Source: Schmidtea nova
Lineage: Eukaryota
Direction of reading: 5' to 3'
NCBI GenBank assembly: GCA_044892505.1
Contig: CM097882.1
Span: 255,874,001 to 255,938,000, forward strand
Length of the DNA: 64,000 nucleotides
Both the position numbers and the translations under genes were made by a program. Under the pieces are notes generated by a model. The model was not told the origin of the DNA, ran no database searches, and saw only the letters and a list, made by a program, of their open reading frames with translations. Below, in pieces: positions 22,301 to 27,987 of this stretch (the stretch's first letter is position 1; every line of letters starts with the position of its first letter).

Positions 22301-23996
22301 AAAGGATCCGAGATCACATAAGACAATTGCATGTGCAAATTACCTAACACCCAAAGTAACCATAACAGTACAGCAGTCATCCAAAGGAGACTATGTCGTA
22401 GGAAAGTGTGGAAGAACAGAGACACAAGGAACAAAAAACAAGAAACCTCAGACAATAGACAGACGAACAACGCCAACTATACAAATTACCATAGACAGGC
22501 CCGAAGTAAGAGTAACCACAAATGAAACTGAAAGAGTGACCTACCAAGCAGAATTACTATGTTTAGCACTCATATTAACAATGTTAAAACGGTTAGAAGA
22601 AGGGATAGACATTGACACAATGGCAGTAACAGAGATGAACGACACCCAAAACACCAACCCAAAGTGTTGGGCCAGAAGCAACGAAGAAATTGGCGTAAGC
22701 GAAATAAAGACGAGTCGGAAAAGGAAAACAAATAAAGTAACCAAGATATCAGAAGTAAAAGCAGACAGGACGTATGAACTATGTTTACTAGAAAAAGAAA
22801 GACACAAGAAAGGAACGACAATTTGTAAAACATTTCAACCTGGGGAAACAATAAAGTTCATACGACGAGGAAGAAGAAATAAACGCACCAAACGGAGAAC
22901 AACTATAATGTTAGAGTTAACCGGAATAGAACCGGACGTCAAAGGCGTATGCTGGAAGAAGCAGGAAAAGAAAACAAACCAGAATACACCGCCGCAATGT
23001 CGAACAAACAGAGGAACAACCACAATACAGATAGAAGGGTTAGAAAGTAATCAAACGTACGAAATATGCCTGATCAGGAAGAGCGACAAAATAACAGTAA
23101 ATGAACTGGAATGCAAAATATATAAAACACCCACCAGAACAAGAATTGGAAAGACAACGCGAAAAAGCAGAAGACAACGGAACAAAGGAAAAACGAGGTA
23201 TACCACTACTTTTAAACCTAATGGACAACAGAAAAACCAAGAAATACAAATAAAAACCGAAAAGAATACTACAGCAACTCTTATACTATGGAGAATAGAC
23301 AATAAAACGTTAGAAATATGTTGGGTAATAGTTCAGAAACAAAGGGAAAGACAGCCACGAGACTGTGGAAACGTGAAAGGAAAAGAGGAAATAAGTATCA
23401 GAAATCTGAAATTCAATAGCGAATACGAGATATGTGCGGTAGAAAAGACGGACATATTAGGAAATCAGCAGGAAAGATGCGAAACGTACTACACACCGGT
23501 AAACTCAACGTCCAAAGGGAAAGTGAGAAAACTCGAATTTAAAGAATTAAGTCAGACAACGAAACAAATGGACGCGGAACAAGTAGTAATAGACCCTTAC
23601 GCAAGATGGACGCCGGAAGAAGTAATTAAAGAAGTTAAAAGAAAACAACAAGAACGAGAACAACTACTAAATAAACTAAAGGGACAATACGGACCAATGA
23701 TTAACCAGAGTGAAATTACGAAGATGGACGTAAACAAACAAGTTAGAGAACTAATTGGTCTGGGAATACTAGCAGCAACTATTCCAGTAATAACAGTATT
23801 ATTAATAATATGGATATATGATGTATTCAACAAGAAACCAATAACACATTGGCCAGATATAAAGATTATGAACTACAGTATAGAATTACCGGAAGAAGTA
23901 CAGAAAGAATTTCAAAGGAGGACGAAAGGCAAAGAATTTTGGAGACAAATAGAAGATGAAGAGCGATACGAAGGAAAGACAGTGATGGTGATATAG
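10227..23996 (+). CDS. pol: 4589-aa polyprotein: Ubl domains, AT-hook, Bcl-2-like, Env, PR, dUTPase-like spacer, RT, RNase H, IN, ankyrin repeats, FN3 membrane protein
   Basis: Uninterrupted ORF with PR IDTGA (16455), RT LKSGYWQI and YIDD (17670), RH DASG, IN HHCC plus D-D-E (MDVIG, TDQGTNF, PQTNGQTER) and GPY. Extra domains are listed separately. Confidence 0.97.
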   Translation: MLRNGQEYKEKRNKKQQERERQPLRINMMRATNQTNTHEKETVPEINPTNPNPTNNEGRKEIIQEDEEAEKETEKEVEKEGNQEEKRKLGKRGMMVILPNKHVFRFQYNIKEEVEILFNKVNEMAPGVTKLPREAFLKIEGAPEVKLKLTDTWENLGVVETKRNVMVIKEIEPEGIPSPVRHETRISRIFKGKMIRRRLGEIDELERKMRKVGVVDDKSESTQKAIKSETRPTENTPSEINQIKHINMLRGQAKKFSDDEEDSDVSSLAGDMLNEPEIEDKKIEVVKTPETIQVKEDEIQKLLDNALEVIYNEEFIDKKHYRKFMRAILQMNYKEWLPGREVETLSQYVGKLLKEPLHEYIILIEIKTCLPRIWIKTPLTEDIYQWVEDRLGSSYKNKFLYSQNGLVKKRTHLIETGIWPGEVTTLSICDDKREENLQEVAKEANMCFEKKIKPRLEYEKGRILRGNLNSMIEQIIPQIKKHRKELMRSEYEKLKRCIECIRDTSHTRWSQISYGKVIAKMGKAMFRQGKITDLKIAVELPNEDTKEIEVVADCTIKELVNVINETLLQREPEEEWEDDIIMKYNEHVLWDHDERRLYKIGIWDNHQTIHVIRMDDTPRETAKDEKRERERQKEVVHKLQQIVDIYRNWRIWPEWEDVLEELNLNRRLRTPVEKQWNERGKCWEPKAGEYEEEYGIGIEDDHKPETGRVCMVTRKAMPADLDGPETTTMWLEREKQKTEEFVEILKTNAHGKRKVVKGLADFFVVNGEDITCLRKVAKAIAEYKRVNEWCPEQLDHVIKKWRNQEFSQESPQKVHLRIVYPNQEKEEFWVGIAEKVRDIKKKLRYEPPFHLQHQGRSLDNSLEIGITPAQLDIANTLTVAAIAGQPLKLKEEKKPKGSMSTPSPMKSVMTPGTSSEQARTTPRETRERTPPEPYDVDEIFTDSDDMLEELIELTKEKDDNIFERIQELPTAIPVTNTEDEVEQEIIIEEVNEIAEEEARRANVENVQFTQEMERWLEERANEPRDVTEETGRETRLVETGTTMDKRPRGRPKMDPANVVIKSREEKRRDQWDLCLKKLNKIAVTKEKETTQTYQGEEWISKMLMEILAIIDPELKKWWRINEISERAKSLHSAIAPILPELIKEKTRSNHLDWQGTTMLIKKLTEGAETDNKYLIAMAYTIYNLLTLSRGRLKPTALERHIKNTAKIIEKEIEPYIISKGGWETFTKTNQKKNQAKNMKKKFEEILGELEKEKSGTGNGKSSLNLSSIIMMMLIWMISTDGATAFEVFDCDQMALGEKYSLRGTEQCKDATPTELKTLKKRQLYHVYQEAELIRTMVRECKVYKTRFAFYCGHRHYSAIVMPGTERESVMLQGEDCEKLFKHGEVETRDRVKIRGKTGVILQQTYYVAGAITGGEGYCQGATYPIFGVAATNLVVIDTFTVELKTYEAFFDPTTGEMKTLPMCKIESNTCQTGMSTLTYQIRGKECQLQLLKEAEFDEIQGKTFQEEEEDEAARGKILQDTVRGEKKIETRTQEKQIKMRNTPTVLITSDADIGMRFVKGKTALKCGVAMLETNYPGIFVSKQEVPSAKRKVHTNDVKLHLYMNNKMDFLFHRGQASLQKVYYDLINNDCILNREILKTKLAVAITNPDSAMPLLPLREGHFGRVVGEVMYVYICKKTNAKVATMTKLQPGQCTNELEIEYKGKVRYVQPVTRIINPISFEPNPFNCSNAYGPLYQKPDGNWVMFPSRTEVPAPREFELMQLSKGRKFKDVDVSNMGFYSAKDLEAARQNILFPARREAVLSSIVTITGGTNYQGGPNYELLLSPAHFKKATENMMKAMWGRFLIFGQMMAGILGVILIIQIIRVIITQMLACFDIYKREKKVNWKLVVGFLPFLAKTMVLHGHSKDIHRIKRLLKILAKMKGTDEEVGRKFKKIMNNEQARQQLKKERKGLWERMKGYRTQDDSSDDDDDDNEGGQVFKNQVPQYVEKNPAEMWKCYAPPPTMYQEPTPGMRQNTMQMMPMTNIYPMIPEDYRTRRCRSVDPQGDSHTIAVMSSNTGPVLTTTIEINGREIEAMIDTGANISAIDIKWIPQEQRRDIERTNVHVIACSKEVVEVSGRWRVKIKHQNTEIETYVAVIPALSVPCIIGTDLMPALFKEIVIDLGTMRLKDRTGQICAIEAKVTSSKQIIVPARREKICFVKIDPTIEGDIIFEPSKRFEKRKSLPMARGLVSANDNGEIPINVVNFDEEDKIIYENERLGKLTPMIDIEIPIKEGVKEEEPTWNIDSQLLNEDQKKQLERLLMEYKDIFATSDLDLGTCDVTLHTIPLTDETPIALRPYKLAEAQKSVAEAEVQKMLDAEVIEPSCSPWQFPVVMVKKKDGTQRFCIDYRRLNAVTKRDTYPLPDINEMLLTLQGAAYFTSLDLKSGYWQIKMKEEDKEKTAFTIGRDLYQFRKMPFGLTNAPASFQRCMNFVTHGIKQCMVYIDDLLIYSSTFEQHIQDIRDVFVRLRQWKLKLKPSKCDWAKEKVTFLGHIVSAKGKEPDPRNIDKVKECPVPKTITQIQEFLGLCGYYRKFIKDYAGIAKPIQELVKKDVSFIWGSEQQTAFETLRDKLITAPILVHPDFKKPFLLATDASGYAAGAVLGQYDDEGKERVIGYYSRTFKKHEKNYSVTEREALAIILAIKHFKYLLWGHVICITTDHQPLVWLGQHKETSSRLMRWAMQLQEYSPDIKFKSGKANANADCMSRLTFPELTDPEVQRICIVIAEDLDFSELKKDQQEDKELKPIIEFLSSRNMDVFEDNAELKEHMRKYQHRYTIEKGWLLIQDGEKRLMCLPSNRRKEIITQYHDGKLGGHMSSKKTLDRMRQKYYWPTMDEDVKEWIKNCLTCATRKDSGKKWKNPLKPMPIPAEPMTTIAMDVIGPLPESLNGNQYILVITDYLTKFPEAFAMPDQKAKTVARILVEEICCRYGTPKQILTDQGTNFMSEILDEVTNYFRIAKLRTSPYHPQTNGQTERFNGTLIRMLSNYVSKHQTDWDEYVKLCLMAYRMSIHAATKLSPFQLMYGRECNMPIDLEYQPPLSQYMEEDDYVTKFKERMQEIWKTAELNIKFYQESYKDLHDQKKNVKTNDLKPGDWVMIETPEIIPGTVKKLQRPGKGPYEVIYKKENNVKVKLVNRPLIRPIYVNTCRCKKVPKTITTAPEERIITRSQTARMNMLRATNESTEAENNQREKRNKEIVLKAREIMGKWHVRDDILRDIQSIISDYARGLPTKPVISELLEKIPEILSLEDIGGQPALHNAIKWGEVERVKEFLKIAKETNQHLGFGNNEQETPLMVAAIYKSDKAIIDLLINADFNWTERDRENKTVLNHAIWSSNQIMLKQIIEKATWEIDELIKGDIIKEAIKIGNCKTIRKLIKWKRSENDTWVLNINEVYSKGQNALFQFLLKLVCDQKTLLILLDRRKITISKNKEECKFESEKEALFRKIREWCAKSLTKSITYKDISNFQDKYKTVEEEYDKLVDILNHPEKCKQFLGRKERESKRKFTPLFSAEVPYQERLDAIQDKAKELLPEFENSKHTLEILGSIVEKVHAYAEGTYNENDMMIIKREMPVTFLLTKNGVLPIHRALRAGKDRRVVEIARLMQDCGSDMNMKDKKGDTLMIFAARANTKTRVLQELYEAGAGLMGRTNKDSSILDVALLAHNWEVINFIKTITNQEEIEYLTRTVKKASVHSMMHNAELTEAILNWMNPNTNEPAFRINECMEQGQNLYIKCALIINKWPKIIDIFMRRKDLRFTNNPKETERTDKWKELMKTYLNNWIKAKKEILDCKLTDKEIPKQAVTQEYEASILTTITYEKMIEAVNVEDDIFNDQRGGDNTGNDDDSTRENPEDHELSDKEDSEEKGRDTEKNDKNNEFGKQRNNNYKNKNEVKRTGYKQTINPFFKPELLLLTVIMTLISPTQGMICEEKATIQIGNAKGIERVCWSKKDKISGQNSPMDCRISEYEQEIIEIDDLELDTWYRMCTVRKPKDPRSHKTIACANYLTPKVTITVQQSSKGDYVVGKCGRTETQGTKNKKPQTIDRRTTPTIQITIDRPEVRVTTNETERVTYQAELLCLALILTMLKRLEEGIDIDTMAVTEMNDTQNTNPKCWARSNEEIGVSEIKTSRKRKTNKVTKISEVKADRTYELCLLEKERHKKGTTICKTFQPGETIKFIRRGRRNKRTKRRTTIMLELTGIEPDVKGVCWKKQEKKTNQNTPPQCRTNRGTTTIQIEGLESNQTYEICLIRKSDKITVNELECKIYKTPTRTRIGKTTRKSRRQRNKGKTRYTTTFKPNGQQKNQEIQIKTEKNTTATLILWRIDNKTLEICWVIVQKQRERQPRDCGNVKGKEEISIRNLKFNSEYEICAVEKTDILGNQQERCETYYTPVNSTSKGKVRKLEFKELSQTTKQMDAEQVVIDPYARWTPEEVIKEVKRKQQEREQLLNKLKGQYGPMINQSEITKMDVNKQVRELIGLGILAATIPVITVLLIIWIYDVFNKKPITHWPDIKIMNYSIELPEEVQKEFQRRTKGKEFWRQIEDEERYEGKTVMVI
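11823..12065 (+). other. Ubiquitin-like domain in the polyprotein (clearest of up to four; others near 10503-10740, 11300-11510, 12663-12870)
   Basis: LKIAVELPNEDTKEIEVVADCTIKELVNVI...IIMKYNEHVL..D.RRLYKIGI..QTIHVI follows the ubiquitin beta-grasp pattern. Confidence 0.65.
13420..13910 (+). other. Bcl-2-like helical domain in the polyprotein
   Basis: BH2-type motif EPYIISKGGWETF (13869-13901) ending an all-helical region of about 150 aa. BH1 NWGR is degenerate. Confidence 0.65.
14010..15930 (+). other. env: Envelope glycoprotein, chuvirus-like / class III fusion type, embedded in the polyprotein
   Basis: Internal signal peptide SIIMMMLIWMISTDGATA|FEVFDC, then YSL..EQC, CKV...FYCG and a Cys-rich ectodomain. 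C-terminal WGRFLIFGQMMAGILGVILIIQIIRVII TM. Confidence 0.8.
20090..21360 (+). other. Two ankyrin-repeat clusters after integrase (~20090-20500 and ~21060-21360)
   Basis: GQPALHNAIKWG, ETPLMVAA, KTVLNHAI, GVLPIHRAL, GDTLMIFAA, SSILDVAL. Confidence 0.85.
22040..23996 (+). other. Type I membrane protein module: signal peptide, four FN3-like repeats, TM, short tail
   Basis: LLLLTVIMTLISPTQG signal. Repeats IDDLELDTWYRMC, VKADRTYELCL, IEGLESNQTYEICL, IRNLKFNSEYEICAV. TM LIGLGILAATIPVITVLLIIWIY. Confidence 0.7.
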
Positions 23997-24121
23997 GAGG
24001 CGGGATATGACTGTAAATAATAGTGTAAATAACAATGCATTACCGTAATAGTATGGGTATCGATATTATAAAAATATAAAAAGAGAAATCGAGAAAACGA
24101 TTAATGTATATAATTTAGAAA

Positions 24122-24478
24122 ATGAACGAACAGGAAGAAATAGCAGAAACTACTATGGCTATGCGATGGAAAGCCCAGTGTGACATGTTAATACGAACAA
24201 TCAACTCACTACAAAATCAGTTAATTGAGAAACAGAATTTGTTATCCGAAAGTTATAATAATAGTTTTGAACAACTCCACAGAATCGAGGAGCAACAGAG
24301 ATTGATAACGCAACTTACCAGAGAGAATCAAGTGATGAGCGACATAAATCAGAGACAAGCAATAGAGATAGACCGTTTAACAATGGGAGAGACAGAAGAA
24401 GCAGAGGATGGATGGACAAATTGGGCAATAAACAGATCAGAAAACGACCCAGAACCAGATTCAACAAACGAGCCGTAG
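24122..24478 (+). CDS. Accessory coiled-coil protein (118 aa)
   Basis: ATG ORF with the element's A-rich codon style, heptad pattern and an upstream TAG acceptor. Confidence 0.7.
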   Translation: MNEQEEIAETTMAMRWKAQCDMLIRTINSLQNQLIEKQNLLSESYNNSFEQLHRIEEQQRLITQLTRENQVMSDINQRQAIEIDRLTMGETEEAEDGWTNWAINRSENDPEPDSTNEP

Positions 24479-24568
24479 ATAAATAAAGCGAAAAATTGTA
24501 AATATGTAAAACAAAAACAAGAAAAATCAAAAAATAGATAACAAATCAAGTGTATATATCATTGTAGA

Positions 24569-25951
24569 ATGAATACAGAAGGAAAAGCCGAAGAGCGGAT
24601 AATCGAAATTTTGAGAGCCGAGAACAGGAAATGGAGTCTGAGACTCACTTGTGTAAATTGTAAAAACATAATATTGAAACCAAGACAAACCCTATGCGGA
24701 TGCAGAGTATGTACCAAATGCATACACGAGTTAAGTATGAAAAGACCACCAGAATGTCCAGAATGCAAAGAAGGTCAAATAAAATTCGAAGAAACCGGAC
24801 CAGATAGAGCAACTCAGAGAGAAATCATGAACACGAAAACCGAATGTATAAATCAACCATGTATATGGCAAGGACAAATACGCGATCTCGAGAACCATCT
24901 GGAGAACTGCGAAGAGAAGAGAACTGAATGTAACAAATGCCAACAAAAAATAACTATAAAGAATAAAGAGCAGCACAAAGATGAATGTAAAGAAGAGGAA
25001 AGTCTATGCGAATATTGTGGAACTCGAGAAACGAGGAGAAAGATCGAAGAAGAACACCTGAATATAAAAGAGGAGAAAGTATGTAGACAATATGTAGGAA
25101 TATGTTCAAACGAATGCGAGATAACGGTAGAAGTAAAATTACAAGAACATTGGAAAGTGTGCACGGAGAAACCAAGGGAATGTCCTTATAACAAACAGGG
25201 ATGTATGGAGAAAAGAACGCAAAAAACCATGAAACAACATCTGGAGGAAGCATTACTAAAGCATGCGGAAATGACAAACGAAGCAACAAAAGAAACCGAA
25301 CAAACAATCAAAAAATTAGAAAGAGAAATAGAGTCACACAAGATAATGGTAAACCTACTGTTGGAAACCAGAGAGCAATTCGAACTAACACGAGAAAAGA
25401 TGGAGGAAAAGATAAAAGCTATCGAAGAACTGGCTAAAGGAATGAAAATCCAGTACAACAAACTCACCCAGGATACCGAGGAAAAGTTACCAATCGCACC
25501 ATATGTGTGGAAAGTGACAGATTTTAGAAACAAATTAACAGAGGCCAGAAATATGACGAAAACAGCAGTAATAAGCCCACCATTTTATTTATGGAGAAAC
25601 GGAGCTAAAGTGAGATTGAAGCTATACCCAAATGGAGACGGAAGAGGACGAGGAACACATGTGTCAATATTTTTCTCGCTATGTAAAGGAGAATACGACG
25701 ACCTAGTAGAATGGCCCTTGAAAGTAGGAGTCATCATTAGAATCAGAAGTGTAACAAAACCAGTAGAAAAATTCTTTGAGACAGAGAAACATGCGAGTAC
25801 GAGCGAGAAACCAACCACAGAATGTGGATTAGCAGCGGGAGAACCAATGTTTATAACGAAAGAAAGCCTATGGGAACGATTATATGCAGACACCCTATAC
25901 ATAGAAATGGAAAGGAATGAGAAAGCGGATAGAAAAGAATGGTTGACGTAA
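24569..25951 (+). CDS. TRAF-family protein (RING, TRAF zinc fingers, coiled coil, MATH domain), 460 aa
   Basis: RING CVNC...PRQTLCGCRVCTKC...CPEC; zinc fingers; MATH YVWKVTDF...ISPPFY...KLYPNGDGRGRGTHVSIFF...GEYDDLVEWP. Confidence 0.93.
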   Translation: MNTEGKAEERIIEILRAENRKWSLRLTCVNCKNIILKPRQTLCGCRVCTKCIHELSMKRPPECPECKEGQIKFEETGPDRATQREIMNTKTECINQPCIWQGQIRDLENHLENCEEKRTECNKCQQKITIKNKEQHKDECKEEESLCEYCGTRETRRKIEEEHLNIKEEKVCRQYVGICSNECEITVEVKLQEHWKVCTEKPRECPYNKQGCMEKRTQKTMKQHLEEALLKHAEMTNEATKETEQTIKKLEREIESHKIMVNLLLETREQFELTREKMEEKIKAIEELAKGMKIQYNKLTQDTEEKLPIAPYVWKVTDFRNKLTEARNMTKTAVISPPFYLWRNGAKVRLKLYPNGDGRGRGTHVSIFFSLCKGEYDDLVEWPLKVGVIIRIRSVTKPVEKFFETEKHASTSEKPTTECGLAAGEPMFITKESLWERLYADTLYIEMERNEKADRKEWLT

Positions 25952-26066
25952 CAAGAGAAGTGATCGTGTAAATAATATGTACAGTTAAATACCCAAAAAT
26001 TATTATATAAACAAAAAATAACTGATATATAAACCGATTAAAAAATTTTTTTTTGAAATTATAGCA

Positions 26067-27128
26067 ATGGGAAATATCGAAGTATGCTTACAGGAAATTA
26101 CGATGCATCAAGCAGAAGCGATTAGCGATCATCTAGAACAGATTGAAATATGGGTCAATGCATATTATGGAAAGCAAGAGGAGATAGAGAGACAAGCCGA
26201 ATTATTAAAAGAAGCGGAAAGATCAAGTCAAAGAAGTCGAGAAAAAATAGAAGAAGTATACAAAATGCTACAACAACAAAAGGAATATTACCAGAGAATG
26301 ATGAAAGAGCGACGAGAGGAAAGAGACAGACAGCAGATGGAAGCTGAACACAAGATGTATTCGATTACAGAACAAGCAAGATACTGGAAGAAAGAAGCGA
26401 AAGAATCTTACGAAAAAGCTAGAGAAATAATAGAAAGGACAGCTTATAGTGATGATTGGAAGTTATATAAAGAGATCGATGAACTAAAAGACGAGTTAGA
26501 GCAAAAAATCAACCAGGAAGTGTTAAATAAAAGATGGAATACAAAAAGACAGCAATTTATCCGCGAACAAGCAAAGAAAATTAAAGGACTAACCTATCAA
26601 GTTCAAAGAATGGGAGAAGAACTAGCTAATCAAGAACAACTGAAAACTATGCTCACCGGAATATGGAATCAGAAAGAAGAAGAGATGAAGAGAGATATAA
26701 ATGGTTATCAAGGGGTGATTACTCAAAAGAAAATAGAGCTAAAAAGAACCAGAGAAAGGTTAAAGGAAGCGAAGCAAAGTTATGAGGAAAATTTAACGAA
26801 TTTGATGAAAGAAAACGAAGAATTGAAACAGAAACGAGTAACAGTACTAGCAATACCCAAAGAAACAAGTACAACGGCAGCCGTAACAAAAATGATGAAA
26901 GAAGACGAACAAAAGACAAAAGTAATCGAATTAGAGAAGCAAATAGAAACATTAACAGAACAAGCAAATTACCTAGAATATTTGCTGGACGAGGAGATCC
27001 AGATATCTCACATGTATCGAGATGAAGTCGAAATGTGGAGGAGCAGGGTTGTTTGGATACCACTCCCCACGAACCAGGTAGAACCTCAGGACGAAGGTTT
27101 CTACGAACCAAACGAGACGATTGTGTAA
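26067..27128 (+). CDS. Accessory long coiled-coil protein (353 aa)
   Basis: E/K/Q-rich helical ORF with an upstream TAG acceptor. Confidence 0.8.
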   Translation: MGNIEVCLQEITMHQAEAISDHLEQIEIWVNAYYGKQEEIERQAELLKEAERSSQRSREKIEEVYKMLQQQKEYYQRMMKERREERDRQQMEAEHKMYSITEQARYWKKEAKESYEKAREIIERTAYSDDWKLYKEIDELKDELEQKINQEVLNKRWNTKRQQFIREQAKKIKGLTYQVQRMGEELANQEQLKTMLTGIWNQKEEEMKRDINGYQGVITQKKIELKRTRERLKEAKQSYEENLTNLMKENEELKQKRVTVLAIPKETSTTAAVTKMMKEDEQKTKVIELEKQIETLTEQANYLEYLLDEEIQISHMYRDEVEMWRSRVVWIPLPTNQVEPQDEGFYEPNETIV

Positions 27129-27210
27129 ATAAAGCGGAAAATATATTTTTGTAAATAATTGTATGAAATGTAGTATCAAATTGTATTGACCTACCTGTAA
27201 AGAAAACAGT

Positions 27211-27783
27211 ATGAAAAAGCTCAGAATACCGATATTCCTATACCTAATAACAATCACCCTACAAAGAGAAGATCTTCAACTCACAGAGAAGGAGCTACGA
27301 GCCCTACCCGAGAAAACCTATCAAGAACTAGATAAACTAATCAGCGAAGCAACACAAGAAATCACCCAACTTCAACAGATAACATCAGACAACCCAAACG
27401 ATGAAAAATTTCAACAGGTCCTATATGAACATCGAATCAAATTGAAAACAATCAGAAAAACCCTAAAGGAAGGTCGAGAACCCATAAAAAGCTTAGCCCA
27501 AGCAGAGATAGAATATCAAGAAAAATGGATCATCGCAATTATAATAATCCTTGCACTCAGCGTGACCATTATCGCGATCACAATCCTCATAACATCATAC
27601 CGAGTGAAGATCTTAAAACAAAAACATGTCATCCTGAATCGAACAACAATACAAGACATCAGAACCCAAAAGCGAATGAGAAAACACCTAAACCAAATCC
27701 AAAGCCACTACGAACTACGAACAATCAGCGAAAGAACCCCAATCCAATCCAATACCAATCATGAAATCAAAGAGCTTGTGTAA
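27211..27783 (+). CDS. Accessory membrane protein (190 aa; hydrophobic N-terminus, helical hairpin, TM)
   Basis: N-terminal LRIPIFLYLITITL; TM WIIAIIIILALSVTIIAITILITSY followed by a basic tail. Confidence 0.75.
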   Translation: MKKLRIPIFLYLITITLQREDLQLTEKELRALPEKTYQELDKLISEATQEITQLQQITSDNPNDEKFQQVLYEHRIKLKTIRKTLKEGREPIKSLAQAEIEYQEKWIIAIIIILALSVTIIAITILITSYRVKILKQKHVILNRTTIQDIRTQKRMRKHLNQIQSHYELRTISERTPIQSNTNHEIKELV

Positions 27784-27952
27784 AACTGATATATTACATT
27801 CACTTTATGTATGATCCACTTACATTTAACAACAATATGACTTTGTGCTTACGTATAAAATCTATCACCTTATGTGATTCTTTGTGTATATGTAAATTGA
27901 CATTTATCTGCTTAATTTTTATGTATGATGATATAGGTGTAAATGTATAATT

Positions 27953-27987
27953 AATTGCGGGACGCAATTTTAGGGGTCCCCGAGTGA
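27953..27987 (+). promoter_or_regulatory. Plus-strand priming region: hairpin AATTGCG-GGA-CGCAATT followed by an atypical PPT (AGGGGTCCCCGAGTGA)
   Basis: Immediately 5' of the 3' LTR; 7-bp perfect stem. Confidence 0.6.

Noticed and set aside
10085-27111. Many short minus-strand ORFs opposite gag/pol and the accessory genes
   Set aside because: F/L/S/V-rich shadows expected opposite an A-rich sense strand; no motifs.
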